Positions 1 through 8,920 of a DNA stretch of 45,516 nt are shown in pieces. This DNA comes from Candidatus Cloacimonadota bacterium. GTDB lineage: Bacteria > Cloacimonadota > Cloacimonadia > Cloacimonadales > WRIO01. The first letter of the stretch is position 1. Each line of letters starts with the position of its first letter. The stretch is from positions 1 through 45,516 of the forward strand of contig JAKQQL010000036.1 of NCBI GenBank assembly GCA_029564175.1. Reading direction: 5' to 3'. The translations under genes and the position numbers were made by a program. Under the pieces are notes generated by a model. It did not search any database. It had not been told where the DNA came from and worked only from the letters and a program-made list of their open reading frames with translations.

Positions 1-552
1 ATTCTGATGAGTTTTCCAGTATTTTCTAAGCTCTAAAATTAAATCATCAGGAATTGGAACAAATCTGTCTTTATTTCCTTTTCCCTGAATTACATGTAAA
101 GTATGCAGATCACTGTTAATATCGGCAGTTTTGACCCTGACAGCTTCTGAAATCCTTAAGCCGGTAAGAGATGCAAGCATTACAATCATTTTATAATCAA
201 TACAAGTGAAAGTATTTATCAGTTTTGCTGTTTCTTCAGGTTTTAAAACAACAGGCAGTTTCTTACTTCTTTCAGGTTTGTAAAAATCAAATTGTTTTGG
301 ATCATTGCCTAATGTGTTGCAAAAATAGAATTTAACAGCACTAAAAATAATATATATTGTTCTGGAAGAAAATTTCTTGACAGAAATTAACTCAACAAAA
401 TATGCTTTAATTAGTTGAATATCACAAGTATAAGGATCTTTCTCATACTGCTTCATAAAAAGTCTTAGATATCTTAGATAATTGACTTTTGTTGATTCTG
501 AAAATCCTTTTAAATAGATATTGTTTACGAAGTCCTGTTCGTAAGATAACAT
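1..552 (-). CDS. Tyrosine recombinase/site-specific integrase, IS91-associated type (5' part; continues off the left edge)
   Basis: Not in the ORF track. Manual translation from ATG at 552 (GGAGG SD) is open for 184 codons: MLSYEQDFVNNIYLKGFSESTKVNYLRY...RKLPVVLKPEE...LTGLRISEAVRVKTADI...HVIQGKGNKDRFVPIP...LRKYWKTHQN. It has a SAM-like N-domain, the catalytic Arg (GLRISE) and Lys (GKGNKDR). Confidence 0.93.
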   Translation of the reverse strand, partial: MLSYEQDFVNNIYLKGFSESTKVNYLRYLRLFMKQYEKDPYTCDIQLIKAYFVELISVKKFSSRTIYIIFSAVKFYFCNTLGNDPKQFDFYKPERSKKLPVVLKPEETAKLINTFTCIDYKMIVMLASLTGLRISEAVRVKTADINSDLHTLHVIQGKGNKDRFVPIPDDLILELRKYWKTHQN

Positions 553-585
553 GAATGCCTCCAAATTTAATATTTGGAGGCATTC
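553..585. promoter_or_regulatory. Perfect 14-bp inverted repeat containing the recombinase Shine-Dalgarno
   Basis: GAATGCCTCCAAAT-ttaat-ATTTGGAGGCATTC. On the minus strand the stem ends immediately before the ATG. Confidence 0.75.
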
Positions 586-586
586 T

Positions 587-603
587 AATTTACGAAGTAA
601 ATT
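587..603. repeat. 7-bp inverted repeat with GAA loop
   Basis: AATTTAC-GAA-GTAAATT. Confidence 0.55.
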
Positions 604-630
604 TGTAAACCTGCTGCTTGTAGCTTCGTT

Positions 631-682
631 CAAGCTGGTAGCTTGCGGTACAACGATTCGCAAGCTAGTAGCTTGCGGTACG
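631..682 (-). repeat. Tandem pair of REP-like palindromes (first copy truncated)
   Basis: CAAGCT(G/A)GTAGCTTGCGGTAC at 631-651 and 661-681. The full unit on the minus strand is CGTAC-CGCAAGC-TACTA-GCTTGCG, the same architecture as the repeats at 21806-21862. Confidence 0.8.
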
Positions 683-699
683 ATTAAAGGAGAAAAACA

Positions 700-900
700 A
701 TGACTGATATTTACAAGCTATTGCTGGATTATACGATCTGGCCTGTTTTACTGGCAGTTCTCTGTTATCTTTGGAAAGACCAGGCGAGCCGGATAAAATC
801 CATTGAATCTAAATTTAACAAAATCGAAAAAGAACTTGTTCGGATTTCAACGCTGGTTGAGTCCTATATTTCAAATAAAATACGACAAAAGCCTGGCTAA
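700..900 (+). CDS. Small membrane protein (N-terminal TM helix plus coiled coil; holin/XhlA-like architecture)
   Basis: Strong SD AAAGGAG, hydrophobic segment IWPVLLAVLCYLW, then heptad-like RIKSIESKFNKIEKELVRI. Confidence 0.7.
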   Translation: MTDIYKLLLDYTIWPVLLAVLCYLWKDQASRIKSIESKFNKIEKELVRISTLVESYISNKIRQKPG

Positions 901-904
901 TGGG

Positions 905-1786
905 TCAGGTCTTTATTTCATTACTTCTTATCCATAATAACACTTTTTTTGCTTGATCCAAAAAGTCATTGCAAATATGTTTGTTATTTTCATGAAGTTG
1001 TGTCAAATAATTAAAAACCTGATATGCTACATCAATTGGATTTTTGTAATCAGGCAGAAAATATTCTGAAGGATAATTTTTCCAAATATAAAAGATGAGC
1101 TCAGCATATGCTTTACATCTGGCAAGATTATCTTTATTCGTTTGTTTTGGGTGTTGTCGGTTAAAATAGCAAGATTGATTGTTCAACATGAAAAAACGGA
1201 TATCGAGGGCATTCTTAACAACAAAAACAGTGTCAGCCAGGTTTTTGAGTGTATCATCATATTGTTTTTCAAAAAAGACTTCTTTTCTGATTAAAGCACC
1301 TGCATGTGGGATAGCCCCGACCAGATGATGATAGAAGAGAGAAATGATTTGATGACGTTGATTAATGGGATAATCCAGGTAACGCCATAAAGTATTCGTC
1401 TTATTACCATTTTCTTCAATGATGTTCAATGCCGTTGGATAATAATATTGAAACAGCGGGTTTTTCTTGATGATTCGAATGGCAGATCGGATATAATCAG
1501 GTTCAATCAAATCATCAGAATCGATAAAACAAAGAAAGTCTCCTTTTGCCTGCTGAATGCCTTGATTTTTAGTTTTCCAGCATCCTTGATGAGGAAGAAT
1601 AATGTGTCTGATTCTTTCATCATTGAAATGACGTGCGATTTTTTCAGAACAATCATCAGATCCATCGTTTAAAAGGAGAATTTCTATCGGCGTATAGGTC
1701 TGAGAAATTAAAGAATTAATACATTCCTTAAGATAGGCTTCTCTGTTGAAATATGGACAGATAAGCGAAACGAGCGGATTAGTCAT
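905..1786 (-). CDS. Glycosyltransferase family 2
   Basis: PLVSLICPYFNRE, LLNDGSDD, KNQGIQQAKGDFLCFIDSDD (DxD motif). Confidence 0.92.
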   Translation of the reverse strand: MTNPLVSLICPYFNREAYLKECINSLISQTYTPIEILLLNDGSDDCSEKIARHFNDERIRHIILPHQGCWKTKNQGIQQAKGDFLCFIDSDDLIEPDYIRSAIRIIKKNPLFQYYYPTALNIIEENGNKTNTLWRYLDYPINQRHQIISLFYHHLVGAIPHAGALIRKEVFFEKQYDDTLKNLADTVFVVKNALDIRFFMLNNQSCYFNRQHPKQTNKDNLARCKAYAELIFYIWKNYPSEYFLPDYKNPIDVAYQVFNYLTQLHENNKHICNDFLDQAKKVLLWIRSNEIKT

Positions 1787-1816
1787 AGAAAGGTTCGATT
1801 AACAAAAATCTATAGA

Positions 1817-2509
1817 TTATCTGTCGAAATTCATTGATTCAAGATACTCAATCATATGTGTATTTTGATTTTCTTTTGCAATATCTGAAAATGAATATCC
1901 ATCGTTTGTTTTAGCTTTTAAATCAGCACCTGATTCAATCAAAAAAATGACATAGTCCAGTCGGCCGGAGTTAACTGCATAATGAAGCGGTGTTTTACCA
2001 TTTTCAGTTTTAGCATTCACATCAGCCCCAGAGTCAATTAAGAGTTTTAAAACTTCCATACTGCCTTTCATGACCGCTTTATGGAGGGCAGTCGTACCAT
2101 CGATTCTGGATGCATTGACATTTGCACCTTTTTCTATTAAATAGCGTGTAATGTCGAGGTATCCCTGATAAGCAGCAGCATGTAAAACTGTTTGACCATA
2201 TTCAAATGTTTCATGAATGTTTGCTCCATTAATAATAAGGAGTTTAACCAAATCAAAATGACCACTATAGGTCGCTTCATTTAAGGCAGAGTACGTACTC
2301 TGATTTCTAGAAAGAATATCAATCCCTTTTTCAATCAAAAATTGAGCCATTTCGAGCAATCCCTTAACAGCACAAAGATGGAGTAGGCTGTTCCCTGAGT
2401 CATCTTTATTGTTAATATTATCTTGATTGATATTTAGTTTAATTTTTTCATAATCTCCATCAATTAATGCCTGATGTAATGGATATTTGAATGCATAGTT
2501 ATCAAACAT
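1817..2509 (-). CDS. Ankyrin repeat protein (about 5-6 repeats)
   Basis: Repeated GxTxLHxAxxxGxxxxxxxLIxxGAxVNA units; SD AAGGAGG. Confidence 0.95.
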   Translation of the reverse strand: MFDNYAFKYPLHQALIDGDYEKIKLNINQDNINNKDDSGNSLLHLCAVKGLLEMAQFLIEKGIDILSRNQSTYSALNEATYSGHFDLVKLLIINGANIHETFEYGQTVLHAAAYQGYLDITRYLIEKGANVNASRIDGTTALHKAVMKGSMEVLKLLIDSGADVNAKTENGKTPLHYAVNSGRLDYVIFLIESGADLKAKTNDGYSFSDIAKENQNTHMIEYLESMNFDR

Positions 2510-2531
2510 GTTTCCTCCTTACTATAATCTC

Positions 2532-2559
2532 ATTATGATTCTATGAATGATTTTGTCAA
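2532..2559 (-). promoter_or_regulatory. Putative sigma70 promoter for ankyrin-GT2
   Basis: TTGACA-16 bp-CATAAT on the minus strand. Confidence 0.5.
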
Positions 2560-2724
2560 CAAAAAAATTAAAAAAGGAGCCTATAATTGAAATAAGTGAT
2601 TAAAATAAGAGAATAAAACGCTAATCGTACAAATTTCTTTTAAGTAAATTCTTGACAAAAAGTATATGGAAATATTTTATTGAAACACATTTAGATTGAT
2701 TTCATATTGAAAAAAGGAAACAAA

Positions 2725-4470
2725 ATGTTTAAACCATTCAAAAACGAATACTTGAAAAGAATGATCCCTCTGGTTAGAGATCAAAAGTGGAAGTTTATCA
2801 GTGCATTTATAGCCATGCTTTTAACCAGTACCGGGCGTTTACTCGATCCCATTATACTGGCACATATTATTGATGTTTCTGTACCAAATAATGATATTCC
2901 GGATATGTTTAAGTGGAGTGGTTTTTTTGCTGCAGTTGTAACCCTCAGTGGGTTGTTATCTTATTTTCAGATTATGATATTGGCAAAAGCAGGCATCAGA
3001 GTCGTTACAAAAATAAAATATGACGTTTTTCAGCATTTAACTGCTGTACCTGTTGCCTGGTTTGATAAAACACCACCAGGAGAATTGATATCACGAATTG
3101 AAAGTGACGGAGAAAGAGTTAAGGATATTTTTTCCCAGTTCTCTGTGATGATATTTGGTAATGGATTATTTTTTATAGGTATGATTGGAATACTTTTTTT
3201 TAAAGATTGGAAAATAACCGGAATATTGATGTTTCCGATTATTTTTGTCGTTGTTAGCGCTATTTTTATCATTCGGTATCTCACTCGTTTTTATAAACGT
3301 TCAAGAGTCTTAAATGCGGATATAACAGGTAATTTGACAGAGTATATCCAGGGAATGAGTGTTGTACAGTTGTTTAATCAGCAAAAAAGAGCAGGATATC
3401 TGATGAATCTGAAAAGCAAAGAAAAGCAGATAGTAGATACGAAAGCTTCATTTATCGAATATGGTCTTTGGGGTGTGTTTGATTTTCTGATTGAAACTAT
3501 TTTTATTATAACAATCATATTACTGACTGTTCCCAAAGTATTAAATCACATTACCAGTATAGGAACACTTGTTATTTTTATTCAGTATTCAGTCCGTTTA
3601 TTTTGGCCAATCATGCAAATAACGGAAAATTTAAATCAAATTCAAAGAGCGTTTGTTTCTTTGAAAAGAATTTTTCAGTTACTAGATTTGCCTTTAGAAG
3701 AATCTGAACAGGAAATTAGAGACATCAGCTTTAATCATGAAATTGAGTTTAAAGATGTTTGGTTTAAGTATAAAGAAGATGAGTGGGTATTAAAAGGGGT
3801 TTCTTTTAAAATTAAAAAGGGACAGAAAGTGGCATTGGTAGGTGCATCCGGAAGCGGAAAAACGACAAGTGTGAGTTTGTTGTGTCTGTTTTATAAAATC
3901 AATAAAGGACAGATTTTAATCGATGGGATTGATATCAATCAGTTAAACTTGAAAGAATGGCGAAAAAAAACAGGTCTTGTTCTTCAGGATATCATTTTGT
4001 TCCCCGGATCTTTACTAGAAAATGTACGAATTTACAATGATGAAATCAGTGAACAAAATGTGCTTGATGCCATTCATCATGTACACGCAGAAGAATTATT
4101 TAATAAATTAGGTCACGATTTACAGTATGAGATTAAGGAAAGAGGTCAAAATCTGTCAATGGGTGAGAAGCAAATGCTCAGTTTTGCCAGAGCTTTATCA
4201 TTTAAACCTGAACTAATCATCATGGACGAAGCAACTGCGTCAATTGATGCAAAAACTGAAACCTTGATTCAACAGACTATGGATGATTTGCTAAAAGATA
4301 AAACGGCAGTAATTGTGGCACATCGTCTTTCATCAGTCTTGAATTGTGACAATATCATGATGTTTGATAATGGACAAATTCTTGCCCAGGGAACTCATCA
4401 AGAACTGATTAGTTCTTGTCCTGAATATAAGAAACTGGTTGAATTACAATTTTTAAAAAAAGAGGATTAA
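2725..4470 (+). CDS. ABC exporter ATP-binding/permease subunit (MdlB/YheH-like half of a heterodimer)
   Basis: N-terminal TM domain, Walker A GASGSGKT, signature LSMGEKQ, Walker B IIMDE, AHRLS. ATG 2725 follows AAGGA (ORF track start 2707). Confidence 0.93.
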   Translation: MFKPFKNEYLKRMIPLVRDQKWKFISAFIAMLLTSTGRLLDPIILAHIIDVSVPNNDIPDMFKWSGFFAAVVTLSGLLSYFQIMILAKAGIRVVTKIKYDVFQHLTAVPVAWFDKTPPGELISRIESDGERVKDIFSQFSVMIFGNGLFFIGMIGILFFKDWKITGILMFPIIFVVVSAIFIIRYLTRFYKRSRVLNADITGNLTEYIQGMSVVQLFNQQKRAGYLMNLKSKEKQIVDTKASFIEYGLWGVFDFLIETIFIITIILLTVPKVLNHITSIGTLVIFIQYSVRLFWPIMQITENLNQIQRAFVSLKRIFQLLDLPLEESEQEIRDISFNHEIEFKDVWFKYKEDEWVLKGVSFKIKKGQKVALVGASGSGKTTSVSLLCLFYKINKGQILIDGIDINQLNLKEWRKKTGLVLQDIILFPGSLLENVRIYNDEISEQNVLDAIHHVHAEELFNKLGHDLQYEIKERGQNLSMGEKQMLSFARALSFKPELIIMDEATASIDAKTETLIQQTMDDLLKDKTAVIVAHRLSSVLNCDNIMMFDNGQILAQGTHQELISSCPEYKKLVELQFLKKED

Positions 4471-6240
4471 ATGAATAATAAACATGTAAAATGGATTATC
4501 AGAGAGTGGTCTGAGCATCAGTTTTTTGTCATTCTGTTGGTATTCATGACAATATTGTCCACTTCTGTAGCAGTAGCTTATCCCTTTATATTCAAGAATT
4601 TACTGGATACTCTTCAAAAAGTTATTGCAGAGAATACCGCTTATAATGAAGCGATGGAAAAGATTTACCGTATTTGCTGGATATTAGTCATTGTTGGGGT
4701 CGTAAAATTGATCAGTGCTTTTTATCCAGCCCTAAGAGCTATGATGAATTTGTCTTTTGAATATGTACTTCGAAAAAGATACTTTCAGTATATGCTGGAG
4801 AAAGATTTTAATTTCTTTTTACATTTCAGAACCGGCGATTTAGTGACACGTTTAACCAATGACATTCAGGATTTTCCACGAATTGGCTGGTTTATATGTA
4901 GCGGGATTTTCAGGGCTTTTGATTCCTTTATCAAAATTTCTTTTTGCCTTGGAATGATGTTTTTTATGAACTGGAAGTTAACGATGATGGCCGTTATTCC
5001 TTTACCTTTAATGATCGTTATGTTTTATGTTACATCAGAAAGACTGTATAAAAATTTTCAGAAAAATCAAGAAGCTATATCCGAAATCAATAATCAGCTG
5101 GAAATGACTTTCTCTGGTATCAGAATTATTAAATCATTTGTCTGTGAAGATAAGTATAAACGTTTCTTTCATGATGCTCTGGAAAACAGATTTAAAACGG
5201 AAATGAAAGTCGTAAAAATTAATACTTTTCTTCATCTGATCTATGAATATATCGATTATTTTGCGATGATTGGGATCATTCTGTTTGGTGGGTATCTTGT
5301 TGTGAAGGGAGAGATCAGTATTGGTACTTTTTATGCCTTTTATACCTATTTATCAATGCTGATATACCCAATTCTCGATTTACCACAACTTTTTATCTCA
5401 GGGAAGCAAGCATTTGTGTGTATTGATCGTTTGGAAGAGATTAAGGATTATCCTGCTCAACACAAGACCAGTGAATCTGATTTAGTTTCTATTACTAACC
5501 CAATTGAACATATACGTTTTGAACATGTGAGTTTTATTTACGAAAATCGGAAAACACCCGTAGTCAATTCTGTTAATTTTCAAGTAGATAAAGGTCAAAA
5601 AATTTTAATAGTTGGACCAGCAGGTGCCGGTAAATCAACGGTTTTAGGATTGTTATCAGGCTTATATAAACCCATTGAAGGTAATATCTATATAAATGAT
5701 GAGAATATAGAACATTTGAATATAGATGATTTACGACAACGAATTGGATTTGTCCCACAAGAACCATCCTTATTTTCTGGAACCATAAAAGAAAATATTA
5801 CTTTTGGTGTTGAAAATCCTGATATGGATTTATACTATCAGATTATCGAAGCTGTTCAGATTAAAGATGAAATTGATCAATTTACAGATAAAGATTTAAC
5901 AAAAATAGGTCAGAAGGGATTATCATTATCAGGTGGTCAGAAACAAAGAATTGCAATTGCGCGTGCCTTGATGAAGAAACCAGAAATTCTGATATTGGAT
6001 GATATAACTGCCAGTCTTGATGCTCAAAAAGAAGAACTATTATGGGAACAAATTTCAAAATTATTTGGCGATTTAACCGCATTTATTGTTTCTCATCGTT
6101 TATCTTCTTTACGTTATGTAGATCAGGTAATTTTACTGGATTCAGGAAAAGTTATCGCTCATGGCAGGCATGAAGACTTGATTACAGGACATCAGAAATA
6201 TCAGGAATTTATTTTTTATCATCATCTTTATTCAAAATAA
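4471..6240 (+). CDS. ABC exporter ATP-binding/permease subunit (MdlA/YheI-like half of a heterodimer)
   Basis: TM domain with RTGDLVTRLTND, Walker A GPAGAGKS, LSGGQKQR, Walker B ILILDD; directly abuts the upstream gene. Confidence 0.93.
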   Translation: MNNKHVKWIIREWSEHQFFVILLVFMTILSTSVAVAYPFIFKNLLDTLQKVIAENTAYNEAMEKIYRICWILVIVGVVKLISAFYPALRAMMNLSFEYVLRKRYFQYMLEKDFNFFLHFRTGDLVTRLTNDIQDFPRIGWFICSGIFRAFDSFIKISFCLGMMFFMNWKLTMMAVIPLPLMIVMFYVTSERLYKNFQKNQEAISEINNQLEMTFSGIRIIKSFVCEDKYKRFFHDALENRFKTEMKVVKINTFLHLIYEYIDYFAMIGIILFGGYLVVKGEISIGTFYAFYTYLSMLIYPILDLPQLFISGKQAFVCIDRLEEIKDYPAQHKTSESDLVSITNPIEHIRFEHVSFIYENRKTPVVNSVNFQVDKGQKILIVGPAGAGKSTVLGLLSGLYKPIEGNIYINDENIEHLNIDDLRQRIGFVPQEPSLFSGTIKENITFGVENPDMDLYYQIIEAVQIKDEIDQFTDKDLTKIGQKGLSLSGGQKQRIAIARALMKKPEILILDDITASLDAQKEELLWEQISKLFGDLTAFIVSHRLSSLRYVDQVILLDSGKVIAHGRHEDLITGHQKYQEFIFYHHLYSK

Positions 6241-6249
6241 AAATCTTTA

Positions 6250-6277
6250 TTGACATTCTACAAAATAATCATATAAT
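6250..6277 (+). promoter_or_regulatory. Sigma70 promoter for the PEGA protein gene
   Basis: Consensus TTGACA-16 bp-TATAAT, 15 bp upstream of the ATG. Confidence 0.7.
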
Positions 6278-6292
6278 GTCTCTGAGGTAAAT

Positions 6293-8671
6293 ATGAGATA
6301 TATTTTAGTTACATTGATTTTAGGGTTGATTTTGACTTTGAATGCTTATGAATTTGAGGTTAGAAGTTTCTCTCAAGATGATACTGATTTAAAAAATGCT
6401 GTTGGTACGACTGTAAATGATATGAATGATGACCCCTGTGCAGTTATCAGAATAGAGACAGACATTAAAGCCGATATTTTTCTTGCAGGCTCTGATGTCG
6501 TTAAACGTGAAAAAACAGCTCCAGGTGAATACTATTTTTTTATCTCATTCAGAAGTACATGGGTTAAGTTTACTGCCGAAGGTTATGAGCCTTATACATG
6601 GCAGATTCCAGTCATTCTGAAACCCAAAATGACTTATTTATTACAATTGACAACACTTGGAGGGGTTCAGGGAGATTTAATCCCGATTGTCATTATTGCA
6701 GATCCTCCTGATGCCAAAATTTTTCTCAATAATCAGGAAATTCAAAGTGGAATACCACAGAGTATAGAAAAGAGCCAATATTCAGTTAAACTTGTGAAGG
6801 AAGGTTATCAGTCTATTTCCGATTCCATTCTGGTTAGCGAGGAGAATAAAAGCTTTTTATATAGATTGAAACCGCTTGATCCAGGCCATATAGATATTGC
6901 GACTGAACCGGATAGTGTTAAAATATTTGTTGATGGTATTGAAAAAGGGATTTCACCAATTGTTCTCGATCTGGCTTATGGTTTTCATCGGATGGAATTA
7001 AAAAAAATGGGCTATTTTCCTGTTTTAGACAGTTTTTTTGTAGAATCAGGGCAATCTTATCAAAAAAGTTTTAAACTAGAAAAAAATGCAGGAACCATCA
7101 GACCAAATATTATTCCCAATGATGCTGTTTTAACTGTTAACGGAGAGATTTTTGAGCACAAAAAACCCATCCTTTTAAATCCAGGAATATATCGGTTTGA
7201 AGTAAAAAGGGATAGTTACAGAAGTTATGAAGAACTAATCACCATTGAACTAGACCAGGTTAGAGATTTAAACATTGAGTTAATTCCAATAAAAGGTCGT
7301 TTAAATATAACGGTTAATCCGGGAAAAACGGATTGTTATCTTTATGATTCTAAAATGCTGATAAATGCGTGGAAAGGTTCAAGATCCTTTCAGTCAATAT
7401 TATCAGGCGACTATACATTAATCTGTAAAGCAGATGGTTATCAGACAGATTCTGTAAAAGTGAGAATTAACCCAAATCAGTTAACCGAAAAAGATGTTAC
7501 GCTAGAAAAAATTCTTTTTGATAGCAGAGCTTATGGTAAGGGTCAGTTGTTTGATGAAGCAAGAAATTATCCATTTTTTACAATGTTAACAGATAATTCA
7601 GTTTCTATGAATCAGGGAGATTACGATCAACAATTTTATGCCTATTCAAACAATAGATTTTACGTAAAAATTATCAAAGCACTTTATATTGGTGCAAATT
7701 ATCAGTATAATTTTTCCCAGACAGAACAGGATTTAGGATTAGAATCAATACATGAAAAATCAGACGATGATGATGATGATGGGGTTAACAGCATTGTTTT
7801 AAAAGATGATGATCAACGGTTTACAGCTCATGCTTTGTTTATGCTTCCCTATCGTTTTCAGCCTTTTATTTGGTATTCTCAGCAATTTGAAAACCAGTAT
7901 GACAATATTAAAAATGGAATTGAATATACAGGCGGGATGAAGTATTTCAGTCATGATATTTTTCTATTGGCTGCCCGAAATGAGAATAAAAGTTTTGTAC
8001 AACACTTTGAAGATTTAGATATAAACCCCTTAGACAGAATCCAGTTTTATTATGAAAGTGCTGAATATTACCGAAATTGGTTTCGAGTTATGTTCTTGCG
8101 TGAAAGAATCAATCCTTTGTATGTAACTTTTTATTCTCACAATCATGATTACTTTTATAATGCTGCTGCTTTAGCTGGAGATTTCCAATTAAAATTCGAA
8201 ATGACCGAAAGTCATTATAAAAATATAAATAATGAAGATTCTGGTATTGATAAAGATATCAGATTAATGAAAGCCGACGCTGATTTATTTTTGTTTAGTT
8301 TTTTATCTGTTAATGGTCAGTATAAAAAAATAGAACAAACGACCATTTTTAATGGTTTACTCTTCAATGACAACTCCTCAAGCTACCAGGATATAAATGC
8401 AGAAACTCGTTTACATCTGATTCAAACAGTCCCATTTAATCTTTTTGCAGGAGTTCAGTATCAGCAACATAAGTGGCAGGAAACTCCAGAGAGCATCTCT
8501 GAGAGTTATTTGGATTATTCAAAATTCAATGCAACTGCTGGTTTAATGATGAGATCAACGGGTGTTTATCAAAATCTGAGTATTCGTTTAAATGGATCCT
8601 ATCTGATAAAATCTCCTGAGATTGAAGAAAAAACAATAAATTTAAGCGCATTTATATCAGCCTGTTTCTGA
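6293..8671 (+). CDS. Secreted PEGA-domain protein with a C-terminal beta-rich (possible outer-membrane barrel) region
   Basis: Signal peptide, about 4 PEGA-like repeats (ADPPDAKIFLNN, TEPDSVKIFVDGIEKGISP, IPNDAVLTVNG), C-terminal amphipathic strands ending in Phe. Confidence 0.8.
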   Translation: MRYILVTLILGLILTLNAYEFEVRSFSQDDTDLKNAVGTTVNDMNDDPCAVIRIETDIKADIFLAGSDVVKREKTAPGEYYFFISFRSTWVKFTAEGYEPYTWQIPVILKPKMTYLLQLTTLGGVQGDLIPIVIIADPPDAKIFLNNQEIQSGIPQSIEKSQYSVKLVKEGYQSISDSILVSEENKSFLYRLKPLDPGHIDIATEPDSVKIFVDGIEKGISPIVLDLAYGFHRMELKKMGYFPVLDSFFVESGQSYQKSFKLEKNAGTIRPNIIPNDAVLTVNGEIFEHKKPILLNPGIYRFEVKRDSYRSYEELITIELDQVRDLNIELIPIKGRLNITVNPGKTDCYLYDSKMLINAWKGSRSFQSILSGDYTLICKADGYQTDSVKVRINPNQLTEKDVTLEKILFDSRAYGKGQLFDEARNYPFFTMLTDNSVSMNQGDYDQQFYAYSNNRFYVKIIKALYIGANYQYNFSQTEQDLGLESIHEKSDDDDDDGVNSIVLKDDDQRFTAHALFMLPYRFQPFIWYSQQFENQYDNIKNGIEYTGGMKYFSHDIFLLAARNENKSFVQHFEDLDINPLDRIQFYYESAEYYRNWFRVMFLRERINPLYVTFYSHNHDYFYNAAALAGDFQLKFEMTESHYKNINNEDSGIDKDIRLMKADADLFLFSFLSVNGQYKKIEQTTIFNGLLFNDNSSSYQDINAETRLHLIQTVPFNLFAGVQYQQHKWQETPESISESYLDYSKFNATAGLMMRSTGVYQNLSIRLNGSYLIKSPEIEEKTINLSAFISACF

Positions 8672-8874
8672 AAAATTCAAGGGTCATTTTGCTTTGTATA
8701 TTTCTAATCAAATGAAATTTAACTTCGTTACAAGTGATTATTACGCCACGTTCATTTTTAGTCATGATATCGAATGTAAGTTTTATGGATTTTCCAAATC
8801 TTTATTTGGATATGGCATCTAATCAAAAACATTCAAATATCAAAATAAGATTTTAATCCTAATATGAATTTTTA

Positions 8875-8902
8875 TTGACAAAATCTGTTTTATCCATATT
8901 GT
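8875..8902 (+). promoter_or_regulatory. Putative sigma70 promoter for the EndoQ-like gene and pepP
   Basis: TTGACA-16 bp-TATTGT, followed by SD AAGGAG. Confidence 0.55.
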
Positions 8903-8920
8903 GTAGTTTAAGGAGATAAT

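Larger units (their letters stand above)
1..631 (-). mobile_element. End of a putative IS91-family (rolling-circle) element carrying a tyrosine recombinase; terIS-like end at about 631
   Basis: The recombinase subtype (LRxYWKTH) resembles those found upstream of IS91 transposases. A short hairpin GCTGC-TT-GTAGC is followed by TTCGTTC (613-631), and GTTC is a known IS91-family terminal tetranucleotide. The transposase itself is not in the window. Confidence 0.55.

Noticed and set aside
631..681. Mini CRISPR array
   Set aside because: Only two 21-bp copies with a 9-bp spacer and no cas genes; better explained as REPs.
1..900. Integron (intI + attI + first cassette)
   Set aside because: No attC-like structure follows the 66-aa ORF (the next gene ends 4 bp away), and the recombinase reads LRKYWKTH, more like IS91-associated enzymes. 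The IntI-specific insertion cannot be checked because it would lie off-window.
8672..8874. Hidden small gene, ncRNA or sigma54 promoter in the long intergenic gap
   Set aside because: Only a short minus-strand ORF without SD; TGGCA at about 8813 lacks a -12 TTGC; no recognisable RNA motif.
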